Virus record (IMG/VR): IMGVR_UViG_3300013113_000858 | Coordinates: 796 to 64,795 of that record | Length of the DNA: 64,000 nucleotides | Reading direction: 5' to 3' (one strand) | Source of the DNA: a virus | Taxonomy: Duplodnaviria; Caudoviricetes | Part shown: piece by piece, positions 50,601 through 58,888 of the stretch | How the letters are laid out: each line of letters opens with the position of its first letter | Position numbering within the stretch: position 1 is the stretch's first letter | Program-made: the position numbers and the translations under genes | Notes under the pieces: model-generated | The model's database searches: none | Seen by the model: only the letters and a program-made list of their open reading frames with translations | Told to the model about the DNA's origin: nothing

Positions 50601-51265
50601 TAAACAATAAAGCCGCCGAAGTACCAACCACATTAACGGACTCTTTATCGATACAAAAGATGCTTAAATTATCGGAGAAGTATGTTTTACCACCAGAACT
50701 AGATTTCTTATCAGCAGCTTACAGAAGAACCCGAAGGAATCCCTCACGAACAGATGTTACGACGGTTCTTCCGATCAAGCCTTTTGTTATGTATATGTTT
50801 GAGTTTAAACACAACTTAACTGACACCGAGTTGTCGGATATCTGGCAGGGCGTAATGCCAGATATTTCTAGGGTTGCTCAAAAATCAAGAGGAACCACCG
50901 AAGGTGGTATAGATAATAATGTTTTCGAGCATTTAACAGGCCCTAAAGAATTTTTCCATGGCAAAAGGCTGCATCCAAAAACTCGATGGATGATATTTAA
51001 AGTTAAGCGAAAGGCTAATTTTAACTATTTTGATGTAACTGCGGACACTACCGATGATGCTAAATTTAAAACACAGTTTTCTGTGGGAGATTTTGGAAAC
51101 AAGTTTAGTTATAATTGGCCATATGATTATTGTTCGCTAGTTGAATTAGCCCAAGTTGAGGTTGAAGGTGAGTTTGATAAAGACCCAGCTCCCGGAACTA
51201 CGTCTAGGAATACATCATATGCAGAAGAGCAACTAAGGATTAGTGGGGAGATTGCTGAAGAATGA
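41615..51265 (+). CDS. Giant (3216 aa) baseplate/tail protein with LamG/concanavalin-like domains and a gp7/P2 gpI-like motif
   Basis: LTLEFWL...WNHFAL...LDEVRYW (LamG-like, ~42160-42680); IYKSKGTEKAFRNLIRCFG (~43430-43490); second LamG-like region ~43700-44300. Confidence 0.7.
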   Translation: MSDIKDLFKRKTSTKLLSNSSLSSVGREVESPDYVISDVKDKNRFIPQVDFTSASNFAFYGSAEKYYEDSINYIINEYPYDGSGKEKINWNLSGTYLDRYIFENEYPRTNGFVVMGYNYGSNSDSPTHGYYAPVSQEYIYFKGGPNTGSLTSGTLATQFYDSNLYNTGTLGKNNLELDGDKGLTLEFWLHKTAWNSSAESRRQVIFDLWNSASFAGHDYGRFRVEIEGNPEESNQLQPYFNVELYSGSHAAGNGAGWSYSSLSSNTTLALSSSAQFTGSWNHFALSFANSGSQMVGRLYRNGILENSVVTGSSMGNISGPMIGYIGALATSVSGGIATSGSAKLSASLDEVRYWKNERNSKNIGQYWWTQVNGGTNSDYAFLSQSSTKYNFSFPADLGVYYKFNEGITEVQSIDSTLLDYAGRTTNGKWIGYSTAYPSRNTGSAIINAGASNTEFKDPILYLRHPAVASYRDDKLSQGKLYDVGNNSSIYGSIPEWITSDDENKGSADLKKLTQIISSYFDTLQLQIQAVPEIKNKEYTNLSASNRPLPFADRLLDNSGFVTPEIFSKATELEYLASRNNHESFSEKLNETKNLIYENIYNNLDYIYKSKGTEKAFRNLIRCFGVGEELVKINLYADNNDFILRDNVDYTVARKKYVDFYSGTGKDAVVFQNSSSIDTAGNTRSFISSDAGVRNRGNTYELEALFPKDYEKSDSYYVAANFQSASLFGCHTSGSDLAYGGNGWGDPDEGNFQVHSIRKDISTPHAYFQLTSSAPYNIPELTSSVFKDVYSDSKWNFAVRVKPGSYAWTDGVSGSTTGSYDVEFLGYNYVLDSLVNSFKVTASVDSSLAASFLQANKRFYVGAHRNSFTGTVLQSTNIRASSCRVWIDYLDDATIKAHARDVENFGVKNPYGNAYMTVSGSAFGGKYRELDGGITPIPQMETLALNWDFATLTSSNASGQFIVPDASSGSAALTPSNAQGRLTSRWNWLGPITNYQHTGLGYGFASNATGSISKEYINNAKAMLPETLNSSEMVSIVTENEDKLFTRESRPVEYYFAFEKSMYNVVSQEILKIFATIVDFNNLIGEPVNRYRQGYKQMEKLRSLYFERFQETPNLEKFVEFYKWIDASISSMLYQLTPASSKFSDNLRTLVESHILERNKYWTKFPTLEAKTSDIEGGVTGINELLYSGKRGLAPVPTNATGTNCEWWYERTERDNPNITSDDATVDSQRNTFRSANDFRSGSGVTLAVSRASTSTTTTYEGRTFAVRNFTKPYRFAVQEMPTIHGGNNYPKGKKLEFAHTELKPAKFGVADIKLRVTASSVNFEKDCTDIVNPNKKNRLEATFAASNAQPADVSAKVSYIYEGGKTSIFAPFSLFSSSISPSQMSNFRSNTQIGNYHDDSYGENNETPIQGPFTDAHVGGWQYRHQNINTGANDTTLTRQEAWEIDVDSTGYIQLVSRNANTSRPLARPNGNLRRNTFAKRPVNIRNIKWGTSSAVAGNYRFDYEAVQTSGRKLNNRYLIKSDGDFPVTASTYVSGIVDFGLPRFDLTGTNKYIFVERFSAPGGPEINSLGSLDVYSQQYSVYNSLNFRNAIVRNSLDGWLTEHCGPYGIDPTGVVGDGTTVAEHEVNPLSYDGVIAAYHKVNRNPVKVNSLVGTSSFELTTSVNYDNWFIQHAIPQSAIQYKWINDSYERIHNQPFGYISNFTQLTGTSTQTASMVAFVTESDYETPGYPAGASIPVNYSNMISLIPKESSGDLNASGYKYQLEDTTVEWYKYNGVTASSDLRTLHVGDDMPTGWNTSVASRTPLLTDQYLEFEIGRSNSETRYVVGLNDDPPLISAGASGPAAFGDMEYYMYIGPNGALSYQRGTHVSNEFTMGRELKNPGIINVGDKFRINHRGNKVAYSYQKYGVGPFREFYAYSGSNTTISGTLYPDLAFYWTGIGQSPLLKNIHIGSENTVAAGYGYYSGSSILTGGLNSYLLTLNGPYQAASWKDIRGDQKPIPRLHRKKNIYSVAKPSGTFLNEVFLPNPDGTGFGRAYYNTRPDKNKRFIEPAVSFNKPIDTEFDVDGHSVTLRNTYANNKCLFSQGGLGEESLGSFLGIGDNNNNPQFYDAIRDSENYNNLTNLTSREIIFPREANTTLAKSRGRLYYSEFAALSGTYGSASFSLGHDGIDRPVLNRRTFWRDEEKDRNRVSAKHRAASGDSRAYVSGTLINSMGFANGYSTSLYNFGRTPVIFSRASTAYQATDFISGNNIFDYPDMGELNCANFVQIAGLVGYATGNVSDFALSESANFPTASAFYYHRELGKTNLGFSSYGVLPWRTAELSGKNPWYDSYEEYSEDIRRIGKNYSIVPEFNISEHMEYYSKKSFQFRTKNDKFLSLEGSNITSSAPQQSGSSNRGFDEEFFKEYSHSDFQKYFASFENDLYCKKIKLKCNGIKKLLPYNGFYPSQRSLQLAQLLSQSVAPYIGGADRNVWRRGKVSGSVPYAQYSGALATQALIQPFYAPGIMYNTIKSGIAVDWGAYTGSIYQDYGPTTDQPEDDAQFFLTQPPNYRIPFETILDPIGDIGLPISSSDGEGRVSLLYPSYRELFNENEGDGTAESTNYDRKPYFDLEPEMKSVIDGSPEYSLYKLAASNFFAEIPNFFLKGNELKSIVSKPASDVSLVSGTTYFMDIYLSKDDNLLMIEDWLNGSRVGNPRGSSAYWSDNPPYPSTGSSNKNRSWNGRFFGPPSRAGRGPNDDSTTSTYTWMAQGDPAYAPYTPPYFYGDCQLTIAYEADADDRTNFNYKKLFERATITQANPTLDTMFNLLGGATSSAAQGQMPLTASLNIYGIFNEKETRFDQNGNVVEVVDTVSSDRSKWVISSRMETPVLDFSSQPDLTVPQGTGKGMWSGYGTIPSNSGIRFGIRSSGPDPQHKNLDLNSRVKESLLEQCFDRPQERKVGEIAFEKEISEAIIAIPFSPNAQSDSQRNPFAPTTQIMDKHFYKIRRNVFNDVYENYLNNKAAEVPTTLTDSLSIQKMLKLSEKYVLPPELDFLSAAYRRTRRNPSRTDVTTVLPIKPFVMYMFEFKHNLTDTELSDIWQGVMPDISRVAQKSRGTTEGGIDNNVFEHLTGPKEFFHGKRLHPKTRWMIFKVKRKANFNYFDVTADTTDDAKFKTQFSVGDFGNKFSYNWPYDYCSLVELAQVEVEGEFDKDPAPGTTSRNTSYAEEQLRISGEIAEE

Positions 51266-52329
51266 AATTCTTAAATAAAAAAGAACAAGTAATTGACCTA
51301 CAGCTTACCCAATATGGTAAACACTTACTTTCCAAGGGAAAGCTCAAGCCAACATATTATGCTTTTTTTGATGATAATATTCTATATGATGGGCGATATG
51401 GTGGTGTAACTGGATCCCAAAATAGTATCCAAAATAGAATTATAACAGATACTCCCCAACTTGAAGCACAATATGTCTTTAGGGGTATTGAGACCGAAGT
51501 TAAAAAATCAATAAGTCAAACAAGATCATCAGAAGAGTATCAAAATCTAGTACATAATCCCGATTTACCACCACCCATAATGAGCCAGCCAGTGGGAGAT
51601 AAGTTGTATGGGCTTCAATATCCAATCGGAACTTCCGACTCAAACACAGAAAAAGTCCCAGCTTGGAAGATAACATTTTTAAATGGAGTTATCAGTAGTT
51701 CTGCTAACTTGCTTACTGGTGCTTATTCTCCAATTAATATCCCGCAACTCAATGCCAAAGATATAGAATATAAGACAATAGTAAAACAAACTCAAGAAGG
51801 TGAAATTCCTTCAAGCGATGTAACTCTATTTGAGGATACCTATCTCGACATCATCTCAGGAGAAAACTCTGTAATCTTGCAAATAGAAGAACTAAACACC
51901 TTCTTTGGTCATGATAATTATGAAGTAGAAATATATGAAATTCAACAAGAACAGATAGTTTCCGGTACAGTCGGCCCAACAAACAAAAGAACCCTTCAGA
52001 AAGAGGTGTATGTGCCCCTGTACTTTACAAAGCCAAAAGACAGTTTTACTGGAGACATACTCCCAGACCAGGAAAGTTTCGATGAGATTGAGCCATATGA
52101 AGATAGTACAACAGAAATAGATCCGTCCTATGTAGAGTATTTTTTAGAGGTGAATGTTGACAATGAAATTGATCAAGACGTACTATGTAACTATATTGTG
52201 GACGAATCACAAGGCATTTTCTCTTCCAAAGTTATCGAGTGTCAAAAGGCAAAAAGACAAAAGGGGATAGACACCCAAAATGTGTTTGATACAGATGTTT
52301 CAGAAGAAGACTTAGGAGGGTGCGAATGA
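51262..52329 (+). CDS. Virion structural protein whose N-terminus is paralogous to 58889..59857
   Basis: IDLQLTQYGKHLLSKG...YAFFDDNILY matches ILDAVLTDTGRYRLAKG...FALGDDEINY. Confidence 0.6.
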   Translation: MKFLNKKEQVIDLQLTQYGKHLLSKGKLKPTYYAFFDDNILYDGRYGGVTGSQNSIQNRIITDTPQLEAQYVFRGIETEVKKSISQTRSSEEYQNLVHNPDLPPPIMSQPVGDKLYGLQYPIGTSDSNTEKVPAWKITFLNGVISSSANLLTGAYSPINIPQLNAKDIEYKTIVKQTQEGEIPSSDVTLFEDTYLDIISGENSVILQIEELNTFFGHDNYEVEIYEIQQEQIVSGTVGPTNKRTLQKEVYVPLYFTKPKDSFTGDILPDQESFDEIEPYEDSTTEIDPSYVEYFLEVNVDNEIDQDVLCNYIVDESQGIFSSKVIECQKAKRQKGIDTQNVFDTDVSEEDLGGCE

Positions 52330-55300
52330 CAACCCCATCAATAAATACAGAGGTATTTTTAGACCCTAAACAAACAATTGGAAATATTTTACCAACTATT
52401 TTTATTGACAAGATAACACTTGAATCAAGTGTTGGTTCTCCTCCTATTGAGAGAAACCCGCATATTGATTGGGATCAAAGTCAATTACCAGGCAGAACTG
52501 AAGACCGCGACCCTCAAGCTCAAAATGTTCAAACTTTTATAGCCAATCAGGAACCTGAATCTTTAAAAGTCACAGTAAATCTTGTTGCAAAAGATCGCAT
52601 TATAAATCAACGTTCAAGCTGGTTTGGAAATTTTGACATTGATTTAAAGGATTATATCCATATCCATTTCGTACAAACCACTACTCAAGCCGCCACTAAT
52701 TTCTGGGCAAACCAATTTAATTCCATATCCAATTTCCCAACTTCGGAAGTAAACCAGGCTTGGCAAGGCACAACAATCCAGAGCTTCTCTCTTAAAGATT
52801 TCGGTGGCAATAATGATCCAACAAGCACAGAAAGTGTTGGGCTCGAAGAATCACCCAGCCTTAGAACAAAGTATGTTGAGACAGACAGTCAAGGTAACAG
52901 GATTTTAAATATGACCCATGTCCTTGATGGTAACAGCGGTAAAGCTTTTGGAAATCGCACGAAGCCAGAAATAAATGGAAACACAAACCACTTGTCATAT
53001 TTTGTTTGGGCAACTTTTGCCACTACAAAATTGGCACTAGACTTTGGAATAGATCCCAACACCTTAAATGAATTAGCGACCCGCAATAATTTAAACTTTA
53101 TGAGTAAAGTTTCTTCTGATACCGCAATCAGAGATGGCAAAACAGTCACTGAGGCTTTTGTCTTTCTAAGGAGAGACAACAACCAATTATGGACAGGCCC
53201 AGTACATTATCACGACGAGACAAATCCAGCAGACACCACTGGTGATGGTGTTAGGGATTATATCGGGTATATGGCTGGTGGTACTCACATAGCAGGATTG
53301 CCGCCTTTAATAAAAAAGAATGTAAAAAATAACACTGTTAATGATTTACGAGCCGCGAAAAGAGTAAGTAAATTAAATTTAGATTTCTCAATACTTGAAA
53401 AAGAGTTGCTTACGAACATAACCAAGAATCCTAAAATAGACACTTCGTTTGTTAGGAGTTCTGATTCTTATTTCACTGAAATGTCTTTATCGCGAGATTC
53501 CGGCGGAAATGCTAGTTTCATTTTTGGTGTCGATATGAGAAAAATTGTAAGAGATAATTCAACATATGGAAAACTTTTTGCCGAAAAGTCTGCCCACTTA
53601 AATGATATTATGAATTATATCCAAGTGTTATCTATGAAAATTTATAGAGTCAGGCTTGAAGGAAGTTCCGCCCAAGGCGGCGACATTGCAGAGAAATCTG
53701 CGAAAAACCAGTTTCTCACAAAAAGCAAGTCCCGAAAATTTGGTGAATATGGTATAGCCCAAAATCCCCCAATGGTGGGAGATTACGACTGGCGCACCAA
53801 CTCATCGTTCATCAGAAACGAATCTGATGAATTAGTGGTTTCCTATTCTAATATAGGTGGTTCTGAAAAATCAACCCCGGCACACGAGTTTCAGCATCAA
53901 GTTGGTTCCCCCAACACATTAAGGGAGGTTAATAATATATACTCTGGTATCGATAGTCCAAATGGGGTAAAGTATTATAGTGGTCTTGACTTTAGCATCG
54001 CCGGAAAGACTGATGGATATTATGTTTATCGAGTAGAGATGGAAGTACACGATGGTACAGTAGATTTCTTGAAATCTAAATTAACATCTCTTACAAAAGC
54101 GAAAGAGCAGTTGTTGGAATATTATAATATAGGAACTCAAATCGGCATTACTGGTTTGGCTCAACCAAAAAGAAATGAGACAATTGAACAAAATATGCAA
54201 ACCAATGCAATGGGTTCAGCCACATACTTTGATCCTATTGCAAATAGATTCACTGAGGACTTCATTAGATATTGCGCCGACCATTACCCAACAGCTGAAC
54301 GGGCACCTTGGAATAAGGCAACATCCACATACATAAACACTATAAAGCTTTTTACTAATTTTAATACCGAGCAGATCAACGAATTGACAACAGCTTTCAC
54401 AAACTATATTAATCCAATTTCAGGAAACCCACAAGGGATAACAAGAGTCTTAGAGTTGATGTCAAATTTAGAAGATAGAATTGGTTCGGCTCTGACCACT
54501 AACGACAACTATACAGCAAAAAAGCAAGAAACACAAGGAAAGCCCTTCACAACAGATCCTGCGACACAAGGAAAAAACTATAAATCTATTAAAGTACAGT
54601 TTCAGTTTGATGAAAGCTTTAACTCTAATGTCCCGAAAAGAGTGGGTTATAATTTTCTTCTTGGGCGGTCTTTTAGGTTGGACCCATCAAGAACCATCTC
54701 TTCGGAAGACTTCCAGAGAAACGTCTCTCATGAAACACATAGGTTGTGGTCGGGATCACCCGATGTGACATTGGAGAGTATAAATGTTCCATTTGCAAGC
54801 ATAGAGCAAACAGACTTCTCCTATTTCACACCAACTAGAGTACAGTATGGGGCGAATAGAGTCTTTGATAACCTGCTTGAAAGGGGATCCGCAAACAATC
54901 CTGATTTAAATGATTATGAAAATGCAGACTTGACAGCTTTATTTTTATCCTCCCAAAATCCAGAATATGGGTTATCAAAATCATCAAGACAACCAGAGCC
55001 ATCTGAAGGGTATGGTCAAACTTCTGTCTTAAACCCGAATGCTGATATATTATCAGACTTTGTATCTCAAAATTTGAGTGTGTCCACTGTTCTTGATAAT
55101 GAAGTTTCCTTGCCAAATGTTTTACCTTCTGATGTATCAACACATGAGCCATACAGCGACCCCGATCCATTGTTTAATTATAACACGGACAGCTTGAACA
55201 AAACGAAAGTTGATGGAACAGCTTACCCAATTTTACAAGAAATAACTTTTAAGTTTGTGGGAAGTCAAGCCAAACACGGAGAGTTGACCATCCCAGTATC

Positions 55301-56153
55301 AGCGCCCACAACCAAGGGTTTGACATTTTATGATCCATCTAGCCCAACTGGTTTTATGAATGGCCTTGAAGATGCTACTACACAAATAAGAAACTTGCCA
55401 AACCAAATAAAAGCATTGTTAAAATGGAATGATAATTCTGGTAAAAATGTTAATGCACCAACATCCACCTTCACACAAGAAGTCCGAGATTTTCTACAAC
55501 TTGATCCATTTACCAGTCGCGAGAATAGTTCAAAAGCAAGATACATGTTTAAACTGATATATAAATTAGAAGTCTTAACGGGGTATGAAAAAGTAAAATA
55601 TCAAAACTCACAAGAATCTTCTTTGAGAAGACCAGTTTGGAGAACACTAACTAGGCAAATATTTGAACAAGCACGGGATGGATTATTGTTATGCAGGCTT
55701 AGACCCTATGAGAACAAACAGTTTGGCATCTATTCTACACCAAATTTAAACTTACCCACTTTAAATGAGTGTTTTTTCATCCAGGGCGATGGAGCTTTTG
55801 TGAACAATCTTCAAGAATCTATTGATGTCGAGGTGCCAATGCCAGAACTCTCTTTGGCGGATAACCAACCGTCTTATCAATATACGATAGAGCCAGCTGT
55901 GTCTACGTCACCATTGGTCGGAGAGACAGTTACAGCAGCCCCAGCGACCACTTCAGCAACTTCGGCATCCCCAGGCGCAGTGGGTGGTAGGATTACTGCC
56001 AATAGTTTCAGGCCAGCACCGGAGCAAACTGCACCCACAAACACTAATATCTCTGGTCCGAGTGATGGTACAACTTCTACTTCTGCTGGAAATGTTTCCT
56101 TTGGTCAAGGTTCGTCAGGTAATTCATCTGGCGGCGGGTTTGGAGGTTATTAA
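52326..56153 (+). CDS. Large virion protein with a low-complexity Thr/Ser/Ala/Gly C-terminal tail
   Basis: Long ORF in the tail module; start placed at the ATG at 52326 (ATGA overlap, AGGAGG upstream). Confidence 0.6.
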   Translation: MTTPSINTEVFLDPKQTIGNILPTIFIDKITLESSVGSPPIERNPHIDWDQSQLPGRTEDRDPQAQNVQTFIANQEPESLKVTVNLVAKDRIINQRSSWFGNFDIDLKDYIHIHFVQTTTQAATNFWANQFNSISNFPTSEVNQAWQGTTIQSFSLKDFGGNNDPTSTESVGLEESPSLRTKYVETDSQGNRILNMTHVLDGNSGKAFGNRTKPEINGNTNHLSYFVWATFATTKLALDFGIDPNTLNELATRNNLNFMSKVSSDTAIRDGKTVTEAFVFLRRDNNQLWTGPVHYHDETNPADTTGDGVRDYIGYMAGGTHIAGLPPLIKKNVKNNTVNDLRAAKRVSKLNLDFSILEKELLTNITKNPKIDTSFVRSSDSYFTEMSLSRDSGGNASFIFGVDMRKIVRDNSTYGKLFAEKSAHLNDIMNYIQVLSMKIYRVRLEGSSAQGGDIAEKSAKNQFLTKSKSRKFGEYGIAQNPPMVGDYDWRTNSSFIRNESDELVVSYSNIGGSEKSTPAHEFQHQVGSPNTLREVNNIYSGIDSPNGVKYYSGLDFSIAGKTDGYYVYRVEMEVHDGTVDFLKSKLTSLTKAKEQLLEYYNIGTQIGITGLAQPKRNETIEQNMQTNAMGSATYFDPIANRFTEDFIRYCADHYPTAERAPWNKATSTYINTIKLFTNFNTEQINELTTAFTNYINPISGNPQGITRVLELMSNLEDRIGSALTTNDNYTAKKQETQGKPFTTDPATQGKNYKSIKVQFQFDESFNSNVPKRVGYNFLLGRSFRLDPSRTISSEDFQRNVSHETHRLWSGSPDVTLESINVPFASIEQTDFSYFTPTRVQYGANRVFDNLLERGSANNPDLNDYENADLTALFLSSQNPEYGLSKSSRQPEPSEGYGQTSVLNPNADILSDFVSQNLSVSTVLDNEVSLPNVLPSDVSTHEPYSDPDPLFNYNTDSLNKTKVDGTAYPILQEITFKFVGSQAKHGELTIPVSAPTTKGLTFYDPSSPTGFMNGLEDATTQIRNLPNQIKALLKWNDNSGKNVNAPTSTFTQEVRDFLQLDPFTSRENSSKARYMFKLIYKLEVLTGYEKVKYQNSQESSLRRPVWRTLTRQIFEQARDGLLLCRLRPYENKQFGIYSTPNLNLPTLNECFFIQGDGAFVNNLQESIDVEVPMPELSLADNQPSYQYTIEPAVSTSPLVGETVTAAPATTSATSASPGAVGGRITANSFRPAPEQTAPTNTNISGPSDGTTSTSAGNVSFGQGSSGNSSGGGFGGY

Positions 56154-56155
56154 TA

Positions 56156-58846
56156 ATGGCATATAAATCATTTACAAAGTTTTTAAATCAATCAGCTCCA
56201 CAACCGAGAAAATTAAATGTTGTTGATGCTACCTTGTTTACCGGCTCAATTTCACAGCTAACGACAGTGCCACCAGATGGTAGAAAGTTTGCAGAATATT
56301 CACCTGAAAATATTGATCTTTTTCGATACAGGGGTGGTAAATATTGGTCTTTAAACACTGAAAGAAACATTAAATATGCTGATCAGAGGCAACAATTTAA
56401 TTTGAGCTTTGGTTCTCCGACCGATACTACAGAAACAAATATATGGGGAATATCTACGAAAGACAAGATAACCATAAAACTAACAGACACAACATTACTG
56501 GAAACAGCGGGTTCCCAAGAACAGTCGGTTATTAACAAGTGGATAAATTATGTCGATGCTCGCTACACAACTGATTCCACAAACGGAATTGTTCCCATGT
56601 TTTCAAAACTATTGGAAGCTAATGGAAACGGAGCCCCAATAGATTTTTATGATCATGCATTTAATTTAGAAATTCCACTAGATAGAAAAATATTGGAAAA
56701 CTCTTTTGCTGGAACAATAAGAAATGTGGAAGCAGAGATAAAACCAGTTTATAATTACTACGTTCAGTCTTACGAAACCGCGATGGAAAAATATGAAATC
56801 CCAGAAGTATTGCTGCCAAATTTTTATGCGTTTCTAACTGTATTGACCAGTAACGAACCTGGCATAACAGATAACGTAAATGATCGAGGCTTTAATCCAA
56901 CCATTGATACGACAATTGAGAAGCAAATTACTTTGGCCGGAGCAATCCCAGATACATTAGTTGCAATCGAGAAAGAAGTATTAAATACTAAGGGTGAGAG
57001 AGTTAAATCTTCAAGCAACAAAGTAAGCAAGGGTCAGTATTTCGAAAAATATGCACATAACTATAATAGGTCGGTTGTTGATTCAACACGTCGTGAATTT
57101 GAACTTAATAGGTTAAGTAGGGAATTCTCTAATCAAATCGCCCCTATGTCAAATTTAAATCTTTTTACAGATTATAATGATATGGCAAGACAGTTCCCGA
57201 TGTATGTCGATTTGAGCTTCTCAACTGATATTACAACAAATGTTGCTGACATATTAAAGAAAACAAATTTAAGCTCAATCTTAATTAAAGATGTGATTGC
57301 AAGCAGAATTCCAGGCTTTGCACCCGAAGAGGTGGATATGAATCTGGTTTCATCAAACGGAATGCCGTTTAATCCCACCCCCGGAGCTGACTCCTCCAAA
57401 CTAAAGTGTTGGGATGTTGGCTCATGGTTTAATTTTATTTCCAACAACCCAGTTGAATCTTTTCGAACATTTGGCGAAGCTTTGCCGCTAGTATTTCTTG
57501 GACCTTACAACGAAGAAATGAAACTAGCCTCGGCTTATGGTTCCGATGCAACCATTTATGATTTTTTTAAAAATTTAATGGTCTTAGCTTTTGGCGGAAA
57601 ATTGACAGATCTTGTTAAAGAAAAGATAAGAACCTTCGAAGAAATATTGAATGGCAAAGAGGCTTACAATGAAACGGTTTTTTACAAGATTGAAAAACAT
57701 TCTACAATAGAAAACGAAAACGGCAACTTAATACCAGATCAATTATTGCAAACAACTTACTTGCCCAATTCTAGCGATATCGACGTTCATAGATTTATTG
57801 ATACACAAATAAAGTATGGTAAAAAGTACATCTACAGAATTTATTCTTATGAGATGGTCATCGGGACTAAATATTATTATTCAATAGACAGTATTCCCAA
57901 TCATGATGGCTCCCAAACCCCAACCAGGGATGTGGCGAATGACGAAGCAAGGGTTTGCTCAATTAACGAGCCATCAGTAAAACTAATTGAAGTTCCATAT
58001 TTTCAAAAATCTGTTGTTATGATGGACAAACCACCAGTTCATCCCGAAGTAAATGTCGTGCCATACAGGGATGTTAAAGATAAGTTACTGTTTTTATTTC
58101 AAGGAAACACCGGAGATTATAAACTAAAACCCATATTTTTGCAAGATACCGATGAGCAAAAAATGAATGATATTCGATTATCACAAGATTTGACCTCTGA
58201 TGAATTGGTACGGTTTTCAAACGACGATCCACCTCAGAGATTTGAGGTTTTCCGCACAACCAAAAAACCAACTAAATATGAGGATTTTATAGGTAAAAAA
58301 ATAGCTGATATTAAAACAGATCAGTTTAACATACCTTGTAAGATAGCGAGTGCTGGTGCTTTTAGGGAGACAATTGATCCAAACATTAAACATTATTATA
58401 CGTTTAGAACAATAGACAATCATGGAAATTTCTCAAATCCATCACCAGTTTATGAAATCGAGATCGTATACGATGCTGGTAGTCCGTTTTTATCCTTAAA
58501 TATTATAGACATGTCACCAGAAAAAAATCCTCCTCAAATGGCATCTAAAAAAGTGAGGAAATATATTGAGATCAAACCGTCGCAACAACAGATAACTTTT
58601 AACAAAGTGGCGTCTGGTGTTGAAGATCAGGATGGTAACAAAATTGTCAACAATTTGATAACAGATACAAATCTTGATGAGGAGGGCGGCAACGTTCATC
58701 TTGGCACAAGCGGCCAAAATCTTTGGGGTAAAACATTAAAAGTTAGGATTATCTCAAGAAAAACTGGAAAAAGGGTTGATGTTAATATAAAATTTACACA
58801 CAAACCCGAAATTATAAGAGGCCAAACGGACAATAAATTATGTTAG
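56156..58846 (+). CDS. Virion structural protein with possible FN3/Ig-like segments
   Basis: FIDTQIKYGKKYIYRIY and HYYTFRTIDNHGNFSNPS are typical FN3-like strand ends. Confidence 0.55.
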   Translation: MAYKSFTKFLNQSAPQPRKLNVVDATLFTGSISQLTTVPPDGRKFAEYSPENIDLFRYRGGKYWSLNTERNIKYADQRQQFNLSFGSPTDTTETNIWGISTKDKITIKLTDTTLLETAGSQEQSVINKWINYVDARYTTDSTNGIVPMFSKLLEANGNGAPIDFYDHAFNLEIPLDRKILENSFAGTIRNVEAEIKPVYNYYVQSYETAMEKYEIPEVLLPNFYAFLTVLTSNEPGITDNVNDRGFNPTIDTTIEKQITLAGAIPDTLVAIEKEVLNTKGERVKSSSNKVSKGQYFEKYAHNYNRSVVDSTRREFELNRLSREFSNQIAPMSNLNLFTDYNDMARQFPMYVDLSFSTDITTNVADILKKTNLSSILIKDVIASRIPGFAPEEVDMNLVSSNGMPFNPTPGADSSKLKCWDVGSWFNFISNNPVESFRTFGEALPLVFLGPYNEEMKLASAYGSDATIYDFFKNLMVLAFGGKLTDLVKEKIRTFEEILNGKEAYNETVFYKIEKHSTIENENGNLIPDQLLQTTYLPNSSDIDVHRFIDTQIKYGKKYIYRIYSYEMVIGTKYYYSIDSIPNHDGSQTPTRDVANDEARVCSINEPSVKLIEVPYFQKSVVMMDKPPVHPEVNVVPYRDVKDKLLFLFQGNTGDYKLKPIFLQDTDEQKMNDIRLSQDLTSDELVRFSNDDPPQRFEVFRTTKKPTKYEDFIGKKIADIKTDQFNIPCKIASAGAFRETIDPNIKHYYTFRTIDNHGNFSNPSPVYEIEIVYDAGSPFLSLNIIDMSPEKNPPQMASKKVRKYIEIKPSQQQITFNKVASGVEDQDGNKIVNNLITDTNLDEEGGNVHLGTSGQNLWGKTLKVRIISRKTGKRVDVNIKFTHKPEIIRGQTDNKLC

Positions 58847-58860
58847 AACTAAAAAAACAA

Positions 58861-58868
58861 ACTATTTA
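58861..58868 (+). promoter_or_regulatory. Candidate late promoter ACTATTTA
   Basis: In a 42-bp intergenic gap ahead of GGAG/AGGAG and the ATG at 58889; the same core occurs at 944, 38240, 61074 and 62278. Confidence 0.45.
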
Positions 58869-58888
58869 TATGGAGATAGGAGAAATAT

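Noticed and set aside
30126-51265. Inteins or introns explaining the giant ORFs
   Set aside because: I saw no intein boundary motifs (C/S start with HN-C/S/T end) or LAGLIDADG/HNH blocks by eye, and the frames are uninterrupted. An HMM scan would be needed to exclude them fully.
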